A DNA stretch of 64,000 bases. Source: Octopus vulgaris. Its lineage: Eukaryota. A program made the position numbers and the translations under genes. The stretch is from positions 82,398,001 to 82,462,000 of the forward strand of contig OX597822.1 of assembly GCA_951406725.2 (NCBI GenBank), in the 5' to 3' direction. The notes under the pieces are model-generated. The model made no database searches and had not been told where the DNA came from. It saw nothing but the letters and a program-made list of their open reading frames with translations. This document shows, piece by piece, positions 38,148 to 50,410 of this stretch (positions are counted from its first letter, which is position 1; the number at the start of each line of letters is the position of its first letter).

Positions 38148-39031
38148 GTAACAGGGAAAAAAGTGTTTATTTTTATTTCATGTATATATATATATATAAA
38201 TAAATATATATATGTATTTATATTGTGTATGTATATATATGTATTTATGTATGTGTATATATTTATATATATATATCTATGTATGTGTATGTATGTACGT
38301 GTGTGTGCGTGTGTGTCTGTGTGTGTATATGTTTGTGTATGCATACACAAGTATTTATGCATCCAATATTCTTTCCTGTTTGATTGACAGCCTCTTTATA
38401 AGAGGTGTTGTAGTGCATTGGAGCTTGTCCTCAGTTTTCATTGGATTCTAAGTAGATGTGAGACACTAATACACTGGGAAAAGATGCCAAACTAACACAC
38501 ATGCTTCAACCTCAGGTTCTGCAAATCAAGGGAAATTAGAAACATCTAGCATTGAACTGAATATGTCATTTTCCTCCTGCTAATTAATAACTAATTATAT
38601 AGTAATATATATATATATATGTCCAACCCATGCTAGCATGGAAAACGGACGCTAAACGATGATGATGATGATGATGATATATATAAACGATGCACATTAT
38701 GACATCAAATAGACAATACTGGGAAAGTGTAAACCTTATGTTAACAGTAGTAGGTGTTGCTTGGCTGACAAAAGGATCATACTAAAAATCTCTCTCCATT
38801 TGAGTAGCTACCTAAACTGTAAGAGTGAGGTTTTCCACTCTTGCCCTCACAAATGCAGATTTGCTGTAGCAAACTAACTGCTGCACCATGGAACACCCAC
38901 CTCAGTTTTTCCCTTACTAAAATGATGTTGATGATATATATATATATATATATATATATAATACTACAAAATTAGAGAATGGGATTGGATATATATTATC
39001 CCATGGTGGGTTGAATTTTCAACCCCTATCT

Positions 39032-39081
<50 letters not shown>

Positions 39082-39710
39082 CAGGGACGTGCTGCCTGTG
39101 TAGGCAAGGTAAGGTAGTGCCTACCCTGAATAAAATAGATTGATAGTAACATTTTCCTCTCATGGCAAAATATGCACTTAATTCAATAAAATTGTGAATG
39201 TTACTCTGATTACTATGCATTACCATGCACACTATGCATTACTATGCACACACACATACACCAATGTATTGGTGGGAGGAATCTGGTACATAAATATGGA
39301 TAAAGATGACCATTCAGGTGGAATGCTTCCAATGAAAGGTCTGTGACAATCAGGATTGACCTGGCAGTTGGCAACAACAGGGATCTTGAACTTTCTACCC
39401 ATAAGCAACATTATTATTTCCAAGACAAAATATGTCTGGCAGGAGTAAATGAAATGGTAAAATGGCAGATGAAACAGGTCTGTCTTGACTCAATGAGCAA
39501 AGTTCAAATCTTGAATTCTGTCTTTCTTCTCTCCAGAGTAGATAAATAAGAACCAGGTTTGAAGTAATTATTGATTTTAATCAATAATAGCTTTGCCTTA
39601 CACATTTGTGACCTCCTGTCCAATCCATACAAAGTAATTGTATGGTATTCCTCATTTTCTGCTTACGGTGGTGAATTGTACTTCCTCATGGTACCTATTT
39701 GAAAGACTGT

Positions 39711-40095
39711 GGAGGCACAATGGCACAGTGGTTAGGGCAGCGGACACGCAGTCGTAGTATCGCGGTTTCGATTCCCAGACTGGGCGTTGTGAGTGTTTAT
39801 TGAGCGAAAACACCTAAAGCTCCACGAGGCTCCAGCAGGGATGGTGGTGATCCCTGCTGTACTCTTTCACCACAACTTTCTCTCACTCTTACTTCCTGTT
39901 TCTGTTGTACCTGTATTTCAAAGGGCCGGCCTTATCACTCTCTGTGTCACGCTGAATATCCCCGAGAATTACGTTAAGGGTACATGTGTCTGTGGAGTGC
40001 TCAGCCACTTACACGTTAATTTCACGAGCAGGCTGTTCCGTTGATTGGATCAACCGGAACCCTCGTCGTCGTAACCGACGGAGTGCTTCCATCCC
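39711..40095 (+). mobile_element. full-length SINE D with 14-bp TSD
   Basis: TSD atttgaaagactgt at 39697-39710 and 40096-40109; tRNA-like head tggcacagtgg...gtttcgattccc. Confidence 0.9.
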
Positions 40096-40664
40096 ATTTG
40101 AAAGACTGTTAGTCTGGACACCTATTTGAAAATAAGTATTTTAGATATAAACAAACCATTGACAAAGTATCAATGGTTTGTTTATATCCAAGATATGACA
40201 TTTAATCTGGTAGATAAGCTGATATTTTATCAACCTGCAGCACACTTGCATTAATCACAATATTGAATACCTGAATGTATGTATCTATTATGAAACATGA
40301 GAACAAAGTTGGTTGAGTCAACGGATGTATAGGACAACAAAGCCACATAAACAGCCTTTCATACTTTGTCACCTGCATAGTTCAGTGTCCATGAGTGAAC
40401 ACTTAAGTCTCGATGACCCAGTCTGTTTGGTCTTATGTAGGTACCATCAACAGAAGTATAAACTTCACTAATGACTTTCAATATTACCTATACTTTTTCT
40501 GACTTAATAGCTAAAGGTTACAATAGACTGGCATACTATCCAGGGGAAAACTTGTCTCTCATCCACTTAACATCAACAGAAATTGAAGATAAGCCTGATC
40601 CAATGCACTGAAAAGGTCCATAAAGGAATGAAGGTGGATATATATATATACATACATACATACA

Positions 40665-40714
<50 letters not shown>

Positions 40715-40804
40715 AATATATATATATATATGTATGTATGTATATATATATGTATATATATATATATATGTATGTATGTATGTATATATATATATGTATG
40801 TATG

Positions 40805-40880
<76 letters not shown>

Positions 40881-43162
40881 CACATATATAGGTATGTATA
40901 TATATATGTATATATATACACATATATATGTATGTATGTATATATGTATGATGCATAAATACATGCGTGTGTACAGAAACTGTTGCTTGTTGCAGCAACA
41001 TGAACGTGCATAAAGAACTAAATGTAGAACTGCTATCAATGTTGTTGCCTCCATAGATCTTGCATATTGCACTTGCTCGCACTTGGTACAGTCCCCCAGT
41101 TTCCTGTAGATGGCAATGTTTGGTCTGCTGCTGCTGCTGCTGCTTTCTTCATGTTTTATTGTTTACCCATCCATTACTGACATATATGCATGACTGGATG
41201 TCTGATGGTGTCGTTCCCCCTCTAAAATACAAGGGGAAACTAAAAGTAACAATGCATGTCTCGAGCATGTGATTTTCTTTTTTATTTCCTGATAAAAATA
41301 ATTGATGCAGATTCAGTTACAGTGATGGATGAAATGCCTCATAGTGTTTCATCTTATTCATTTATCTTCTGAGTTTATATCTTACCAAGGTGGACTTTGC
41401 CTTTCATCCTTTCATGCCTTTAGGTCTAGTACTGGAGTTGATTTCATCAACAACCCTCTCTCTGAAATGTATTGCTTTGTTCCCATGTAAAAAAAATTAT
41501 TATAATTGTCATTTTTATTGTTGTTGGTGATGATGTTGTTGTTGTTGCTATCATTGTTGTTGTTGTTGTTGTTCATAGTGAACAACAACATCCCAGATAT
41601 TTTCTCTGGGGTTTCCTCATAAAAAACATTTTCCTTTTGATCCTTTTTACCATTAAAGGGTGTCAGAACATTTCAATGTCCACTGCTCTTATCTGATGTC
41701 GAGGAAAGTTTGTCATTAGACATTTTAAAACTATCTATGCATATTGATAAAATGCCATTTTCAATGTATCACTCATATTTCAAGATTACCACCTAAGAAC
41801 ATATTACTGCATTGCAAGAGTGAAATATATCGATATATATATCACTTGTACTCTCTTACTATAACCCATCTTTGTTGGTATCTATCAATCAATTGACGTG
41901 ACAATGGCAGTAATGTAAATATTCATGCACTCAAATCATTTCCAAATAATTTGAAAAACAACATCTAACACAGACAAAATTTCAAACTTAGATACTTACA
42001 CTTGTACAATACAAGAGACAGGAGTATAGCATTGGAAGTGTTAATACATCAATTTGAATACAAACAAGAAAAACAGTATGAACAACACTGATATCATCAA
42101 CAGCTACATTCCTTTATTTGTGTATATGGGACAAAAGGAGTAACGAGATTTGAGCTAATGCATTGGAAAGACAGGGATGAAATGCATGACAAAAGATAGT
42201 GCCTCCTTGCCTGGAGAAGAACCTCCCTACCTATGCGAACAGAAAAATTGACATAAAAATACTGGAGATTGGGATATATCTACATTAGAATCTCTCTAAA
42301 CAATTATATTTATATCAAGTTTATACAAACCTCCCTTTTTCTCAGCTATCACTCATCCCATCTCTCCTGTGAATGAGCCTCCCTGTTATACACCTCAGGT
42401 TTAAAAAGTAGTGATGCATATAACCACATACATACACATAAATGCACACATTTTCATACAGATTTAATGTACATAACTGCATACATATGCATACACATAT
42501 ACATATATGCATACATTCGCATACACAGACATTTACATGTATATATTCACATGCGCATACACAAACACACATATGTACATGCACACATTCTCATATATAT
42601 ATATTTACATGTATACATCCACACACCTACACATAAGATTAAACAGCCTTTCTTCTTGTTATTATTCCTACCAAATCTGATGAGCTTATTACTGTTGTTG
42701 TTGAAGTAGTAGTTGTTGTTGTTGTCATTCAGGCTCCATATATACCCCTCATTGAACCCTTATGAACTCCCCACTGAACCCTTCCTCTCCTAATATCCAG
42801 AGGCGGCTTTTGTCAATCTTCTGCTTTTAAATGTTGTTCTTGGTGTTGTTGTTGATTATGTATTTATTATCATATTTGATATTATCTTCTTATCTTCATT
42901 ACTGAGTTGATAACTTATCTCTTTAAGGAATAACAGCAATTGTTTTAATTAACTGATTAATTAATTAATTTTAATAAATTAAATGATATGTATATATGTG
43001 CACATGTGTATAATGCATATACATTCTTTATATATATATGCTGTCAGTAATATTCTCGTTAAGAATAATAAATTTGCACTGTACAAAAGTATGGAGTCAC
43101 CCATCATACTAATGTAAAATTGTTTTAATTATAACTGAATGTAAAAGCAAATATATATATAT

Positions 43163-43328
43163 ATTTATAAACAAGGGTACAAAATAGTACCACCATTGCT
43201 AGAAACAAGAGTAAAAAAAATGACTCAATTAGTCACAAAAAGCACTCATCTTTTTGTGACTAATTGAGATGTTTTTTTACTCTTGTTTCTAGCATTGCTG
43301 GTACTATTTTCTACTTTTGTTTATAAAT
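43163..43328. repeat. near-perfect hairpin (arms about 80 bp, 7-nt loop)
   Basis: atttataaacaa...tcaattagtcacaaaaag-cactcat-ctttttgtgactaattga...ttgtttataaat, between TA runs. Confidence 0.85.
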
Positions 43329-43364
43329 TTGCCTGCAAGTTTTAATTGCTAATGGGCCACCCAC

Positions 43365-43449
<85 letters not shown>

Positions 43450-44081
43450 GATGTGTGTATTTTTCGCTTGTTAACAATTAACACGGAAAAAATAGATAAA
43501 TAGTTACCAGGGTAACAAAAAATCCCACAAGTAAAGAGGTTGTATTTGAATTATACCTGCGTGAAACTCCATTTATTTATATATATATATATACGCATGC
43601 ATATATACATGCAGAAAGCATTTTTCTCTTCAACTATAAAACACAGAATGCCAATACTAATCCCACTATATTTCTTTTCATTTAAATATTCATTGTGTAT
43701 TATATTTCTTGTAATAATTTTGATGTAACTCAAAGACAGATTCTACTAGAAAGCCTTTTTTATAAAGCTCATTCACATCATTCATAAAGCTCATTCACAA
43801 ATCTCTTTCTTGCAGTTCTACTTTATTTATTTATTCATTTATTTATTTATTTATTTGCCATTTGTAATGCAACCTAATGCAATGCAAACATGTATGCCCT
43901 GCAACAGCAAAGCATACCCTTTTCATTGGATCTTGGGCCATTATTTTGTATTACATGAAACATTGCTTGTCATGGGGCCTCGCTTACGTTTGCCTGTTGC
44001 TTTTGGTTCCACACAAACACACAATATATATATATATGATGTATGTATATATGTATGAATATATGTGTGTGTTTGTACATG

Positions 44082-44125
<44 letters not shown>

Positions 44126-44315
44126 TTTTGTTTATATATATTGAAATACTTATATTGCAGCTATTATGTAATGTAATATTCATTTTGTGTTATGCTTTGT
44201 TATGCAATGCAAAATCAATTTTGTTTATTATCATGATCTTATATTGAACTTAGAAAATATATTATACATAACAAATTGAACTGGATTTGTTCTAGTTACA
44301 TGAGTCTCTGAAATA

Positions 44316-45083
44316 TTAACCCTTTTCTTAAGATATCCCCATTGAAATGCACCACCTTTGTTTCATTTATTTTTTTAAATAATTAAAAAATTTACTAAAA
44401 TAACTTTATCATTATTTTGCACATAAACCAAAATCAGATTTTGATGGAAGATTTTAATTTAGTTCACTTTAACCCTTTTGTTACCATATTTCTGTTGAGG
44501 TACACTTCTTTCATTTCCATTAATTTTTAAAATATTGAAAAATTTACGAAAATATCTTTGTCATTATTCAGCTGATGTTTGGGAAATTTTGATGGAAATT
44601 TTTAATTTAAATCACTTTAAACCTTTTGTTACCCTATCTCTGTTGAAATACACCGATTTGTAGTCATTAATTCTTAAAATAAACTTACTAAAACAACTTT
44701 GCCATAATTCAGTTTGGAATGCAAATTAAAATTATATTTTGATGGCAGATTTTAATTTAAATCACTTTAGAACAGTAAGTTTTTGTCATAGAACTTGGGC
44801 CCAATCTCAAGCAGGTTGGGGATCCAGCCATCTCATCCATTTTCTCTACCCACTATTCCAGAAAGGGTCATGGGTCCTCAGGCACCTGTTCAATAGGATC
44901 CCACCACAAGCAACCATCATTGTACTTTTTGACTGATTTCCCAAGTGTGACAAACTGAGGCTGTGGTTCTTGTCCGGCCATCATGTCCTTGGTCCACTTC
45001 TAAATCTCTTGCCACATGACTTGGCTTGAAGGCCTCCTCCTGGTTGACTCAGCTTGAAGGTGGGTTGTAATCAAAAGGGTTAA
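44316..45083. mobile_element. piggyBac-type MITE with triplicated left part
   Basis: TTAA-ccctttt start repeated at 44316, 44469 and 44617 (units of about 150 bp); closes with aaaaggg-TTAA at 45073-45083. Confidence 0.7.
44850..45055 (-). mobile_element. RTE-like LINE C-terminal fragment inside the MITE
   Basis: Minus frame KRFRSGPRT*WPDKNHSLSLSHLGNQSKSTMMVA resembles RTE GKR.RGRPRTRW.D...L....LG. Confidence 0.5.
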
Positions 45084-45804
45084 TTAGATTTGATTGTCAA
45101 GTGACACAACTGACTAAAACCATGGTCAGTGAAGTGACCGCATCCAGTTTTATATTTACATCTGATTTTGAAGAGGTCAATGAACAGCCAGTTTAAATTA
45201 TTAGGAAAAAATATATTTAAGAATTAAAATACAAATACCACCACTAACTTAAACAATGGGCCTGTGTGGGTGCTTCTATGTAGTCACTTAACTTGTTAGA
45301 AACAGCAGCTAAATTCCTCTAAATAACATCCTATTGTCTTAAAAAAGTAAGGACACATTTGAGAATGTAGTCATAGATATACAAAAAAGATGGGATGGTC
45401 ATAAGGGAATGCCTTTGATCATACGTTTTCTCAGTCATTGTTGACCTGGAGGTAATCAACAACATTAAAAATGTGCCTGTATGTGGAAGCTTGGGGTGCT
45501 AACAATAGCAGCCAATCATTCTTCAAATCATACCTTGTTGTCAAGAAGAAAGAAATGACACATTGGATAATGTCATTCCCATTTGGATGATCGTGACTGG
45601 AATGGCTTTAAGAATGAGTCTGTTTGATCATGAGTTACACAGGGCTAATAAACATCGATAATAACATCAACAACAATTATTAATTGTAAAAAAGATGAAG
45701 ATGGATGTATGAATGATGACAATGAGATGATGATGGTGAAGATGACAAATATGATAAGGATGGCAATTATGATAAAGACAATGATGACAATGATAATAAT
45801 AATA

Positions 45805-45868
<64 letters not shown>

Positions 45869-45881
45869 CAATAACAATAAC

Positions 45882-46842
45882 AACAAGAGCACTCAGAGAG
45901 CGCAAACTTCTGCCAAGGCAACACGTTTGCCCTTTCAACGATTAGCCAGAGATTATTTTTAGAATAATCCAGAATCCTTGTCCGGTACTTGATCGATCCC
46001 AATGGTAGTCATGGAATGTGAAGGTGGATGTGAGGTCTGTGTTTGCAATGCTGTGTGTGTGTCATCTGCAGTGGGAACAGGGACAGTTTTCTCTATGAAG
46101 GCCTTTTTTGGTCTATCCACTGATATAGTGTCTTTACGGCCATTAAGGTCTATAGTAAAAAAATTTATCCATGCATAAAAGAAAATGCAAAGGACCTGCA
46201 CACAGTGCTGTTAACAGAGGTTTAACAACATCGTTGCACACAAAAATGTGAGTCCAAGAAGTAAAGCTTCCTTCAAGGCAGAGCTAGAAATGCAATTGTC
46301 ATGCAGGTAAGAGGTTTTAGACAAGAGCAATATATTCAAAACTTGTAAAACTAAAAATTGTCTAGGATAAATTAAATTTATTATTGTTACTGAATATGTT
46401 AGCATTATTTAATTTCTGAATGGTTTTGCTGCTGTTTGTTTAGGTAGTTTGATTTCTTTATCCATCAATTTCTACTAAGACAGAGACACAAGTAAAATTA
46501 ATACTAAAGAGATGAAAATAAAGCTTTGGAAACAGCAATGCTGTCATATCTTATGTGGAAACCATGAGTGTGCTTTCAAAGGAGATAATCAGAGAAAGAC
46601 TTGAGAGTCAACGTAAAGTCATGTAAAGTAAAGTAAATATAACAAATAATCCAGAATCCTTGTCTGGTACCAGATCAATCCCAAAATCTAATCAGTTCAT
46701 GCCAGTCGCGAAACCAAACATCTCTGAAAGTTTCATTCAAATCCATCCAGTGGTTCTTGAGATATCTTGTCCACAGACAAACAAACAAACAAACAAACAC
46801 AACTGAAAACAATACCTCCAACTTCACTAAGGCAGAGGCAAT

Positions 46843-46844
<2 letters not shown>
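45882..46844 (-). mobile_element. Helentron-associated non-autonomous element (HINE/DINE-1-like)
   Basis: On minus: 5' subTIR ttattgcctctgcc with nearby partial IR ggaggtatt, then (GTTT)n, then 3' subTIR-like ggcagaagt, hairpin gcgctc-tct-gagtgc and tcttgtt end. Confidence 0.7.
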
Positions 46845-46888
<44 letters not shown>

Positions 46889-47360
46889 GTCGTTTAACAT
46901 CCGCTTTCCATGCTAGCATGGGTTGGATGATTTTGACTGGGGGCTGGCGAACCAGATGGCTGCACCAGGCTCCAGTCTTGATCTGGCAGAGTTTCTACAG
47001 CTGGATGCCCTTCCTTATGCCAACCACTCCGAGAGTGTAGTGGGTGCTTTTACGTGCCACCAGCATGGGGCCAGTCAGGCGGTACTGGCAATGACCTTGC
47101 TCGAATCTTTTTACACATGCCACTGGCACATGTGCCAGAAGGCGATGCTGGTAACAATCAAGCTCAAATAGTGCCTTTACGTGCCACCGGCACGGAAGCC
47201 AGTTAGCCGCTCTGGCAACGATCATGCTCGAATGGTACTCTTAGCACCCTACTAGCACGGGCACCAGTGCCAGTAAAGCAACGCTGGTAATGATCACACT
47301 CAAATGGTGCCTTTTATGTGCCACTGGCACGGAAGCCGGTTAGCTGCTCTGTCAACGATA
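46845..47360 (-). mobile_element. family E element (RTE-type tail, internal tandem units)
   Basis: (CAT)n, gtttaacatccgctttccatgctagcatgggttgg, then repeated gtgccaccggcacggaagccagtt units. Confidence 0.85.
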
Positions 47361-48289
47361 ATAATAATATTAGTAATAATAATAATAATCATAGCAATGA
47401 TATTAACAATTATAATGATGATGATGGCAGCCACATCACCCACCACCCGTCAGTCCACCCACCCCCACTCATCTTTATGCATGATTCCAGTTGATAATAT
47501 GATTCATTAGAATTTGATATTTATCTAAAGACAGCATCAATGAAACAACAGCATCCAGTGTAACAACAGAGTTGCTTAGATAACTGCTTCCTCTCAGTGA
47601 AATCTCTATGGATGTCTTAACCCTTCACTTGTCCAAAGTATTTTCATAAGTTTCTCTTGAACATCCATGCTTGTTTTCAGTCTTATAGTAAATCTTTGTC
47701 TTATACATTCTGAGTGCAATAAAGCTTTCCTTTCATACGTCCCCAAATTACTCATACGGTTGAAAGAAAAAAGGAAATGTGTATCATATATGATGCATAG
47801 ATGCCAAGGAGAGATGTCCTGTGTATTACATGTGACAAACAGGACAAGTAAAGGATTAACACTGAACTGTCTCTTAATCTCTCATTAATTCCTAAATAAC
47901 TGAGTTCACTGACGTGCACTAGAAAATAACAAACAGCTCACCATCAAAAGTTTTTGTTGTATTTATTATTGTTGTTGGTATTTAGCCATCACCAACCAAC
48001 AGCAATGAAGAAGCAGATCTAGAATTAAACAGATTCCAATCATAACCAATTCATCTTTTGAAGCTTTTTAATCTCATATTATCAAATAATTCATATTGTC
48101 AAATATGACTTTTTTTAAAGACAATAGGCAGTGATTTGAAGAACATTTAGTTGCTGTTTCTAGTGTGTCAAGTAAGCATAAAGAGTCCCTTTCCTAAAAA
48201 TGTCTTGGGGTTGTAGCTTAGCTCAATAGTATATTATTTGTTTTGCATTAAGTGACTCAGAATATATATATACATGTATATATATATAC

Positions 48290-48320
<31 letters not shown>

Positions 48321-48597
48321 TGTATGTATGTATATATATATATATATATATATAAAATAATATGAGGGAATATTATTCCAAACTTACAGGGAAAAATTCA
48401 ATTTAGATATACTAAATCAAATTTCACAAAATATAATATATATATAAATTAGAACAAACACCTTTTATCAATTCAATAATGAAAAATTTAATTATACCAT
48501 TTAGAAAAATTACATCTTATAGAAAGACTAAATATAAGATAAAACATATAACAATGATTAAGTAATTTGAAAAATAATAAATATATATTTGGTAGAA

Positions 48598-48692
48598 TAA
48601 TGACACATGTTTCGTGGCTATATTTAAGAAATGATAATAGTAATAATAATAGTAAAATCACTTCAATATAAATATAGTCACTCTTCAGGTTA
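48598..48692 (-). ncRNA. type I hammerhead ribozyme-like motif, best-preserved copy
   Basis: UAAC-CUGAAGA-GUGACUAUAUUUA...UAAAUAUAGCCAC-GAAA-CAUGU-GUC-AUUA: intact core, 13-bp stem II with one mismatch, GUC site; first stem I pair is a C-A mismatch. Confidence 0.7.
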
Positions 48693-48764
48693 AAGATAAA
48701 AGCAATAAAATGATTAATTAGATAAATTAATAAATATACGTAAATAATCTTGTAAAATACGAAA

Positions 48765-49125
48765 TCATCATCGTCATCGTTTAACGTCTGCTTTCCATGC
48801 TAGCATGGGTTGGACAATTTGACTGAGGACTGGCGAACCAGATGGCTGCACCAGACTCCAGTCTGATCTGGCAGAGTTTCCACAGCTGGATGCCCTTCCT
48901 AACGCCAACCACTCTGAGAGTGTAGTTGTGCATTTACGTACCACCAGCACGAGGGACAGTCAGGCGGTACTGGCAATGGCCATGCTCAAATGGTGCTTTT
49001 TATGTGCCACCTGCACAGGAGTCAACCCAGCGGCACTGGCAATGACCTCGCTCGGATGTTTTTTCACATGCCACCAGCACAAGTGCTAGTAAGGCAACGC
49101 AGGTATCGATCATGCTCAAATGGTG
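48765..49125 (-). mobile_element. family E element
   Basis: Closely matches 46845-47200. Confidence 0.85.
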
Positions 49126-49292
49126 ACACATACATATATGTGTGTGTATGTTTGTAAGTGTGTATATGTGCATACACACACATTTCTTAGTTACTTATCC
49201 TTGAAATACATGCATACATACATGAATACATACATTCATGCATTTATATTCATATACACATACACACACATACACATGCATGAATACATATG

Positions 49293-49505
49293 AAGGCAGT
49301 GAGCTGGGAGAATCGTTACCATGCCGGGTGAAATGCTTAGCGGTATTTCATCTGTCTTTACGTTCTGAGCTCAAATTCTGCCGAGGTCGACTTTGCCTTT
49401 CATTCTTTCGGGGTCGATAAATTAAGTACCAGTTGCGAACTGGAGTCGATCTAATCGACTGGCCCCCTCCCCCAAAATTTCAGGCCTTGTGCCTAGAGTA
49501 GAAAA
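49293..49505 (+). mobile_element. SINE B with 11-bp TSD
   Basis: TSD gaatacatatg at 49282-49292 and 49506-49516. Confidence 0.9.
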
Positions 49506-49654
49506 GAATACATATGTACACCCATTTATACCAATAATCATTGGTATGCTTAGTTATATTAGTAAATGTCTCTAAAGGACAATCTAGAAAAGCTGGGATT
49601 TTCTAACTTAGAATAAGACAACATCAGACATTGATTTATAAAGTAAATTCCATA

Positions 49655-49925
49655 AGCTTTAAATATTTATCAATACAAGTTTAATGTCATATACTAATAT
49701 ATTTAAATACCACAGATATGTTTAAATATCATACTATATGTTGAAATACTATACAGCACATGTTTAAAAACAACATATTGCATGAATAAATATCATATAT
49801 TACATGTTTAAATATTATATATATTTTTAAATGTCACACACTACATGTTTAAGTGTCACATGCTAAACATTTAAATACCATATACTATAAGTTTAAATGT
49901 CACATAATAACTGTTTAAATGCTAT
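49655..49925. repeat. degenerate AT-rich minisatellite (about 21-23 bp)
   Basis: Repeated catgtttaaat(a/g)(c/t)ca(t/c)a units, roughly a dozen copies. Confidence 0.7.
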
Positions 49926-49956
49926 GTATACATATATATGTATGTGTGTGTGTATG

Positions 49957-50015
<59 letters not shown>

Positions 50016-50410
50016 TTATATACACACACGCACACACACGCACACACACACACAGACACACACATACACACACACACACACATATATATATATGTGTGTG
50101 TATGTATGTATGTATGATATATGAATACTGAAAACAATCTGAAATATCAATTGTATACTAGGTAAATATATAATTATTTATACATATTGATAACATCATA
50201 AGAATCTAGAAACTTTGAGAGAACATGAAATAAATCATTTTTACTGGTGGAACTTGAAGTAGATAAAGCTATAATAGAGTGTAAATATTAGGTTGAAAAA
50301 AAACCTTTTGACAGAAAAAGTCAAACACTACTAGTGGGACTTGAACCCACATGTTATATAATTATCTACTTTGAGTTCTGTTGTTATAAATGAATATTTA
50401 TGTGCATATA

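Noticed and set aside
41055-41076. TATTGCACTTG resembling the miR-92 5' end
   Set aside because: The match stops after 11 nt and no complementary arm is evident.
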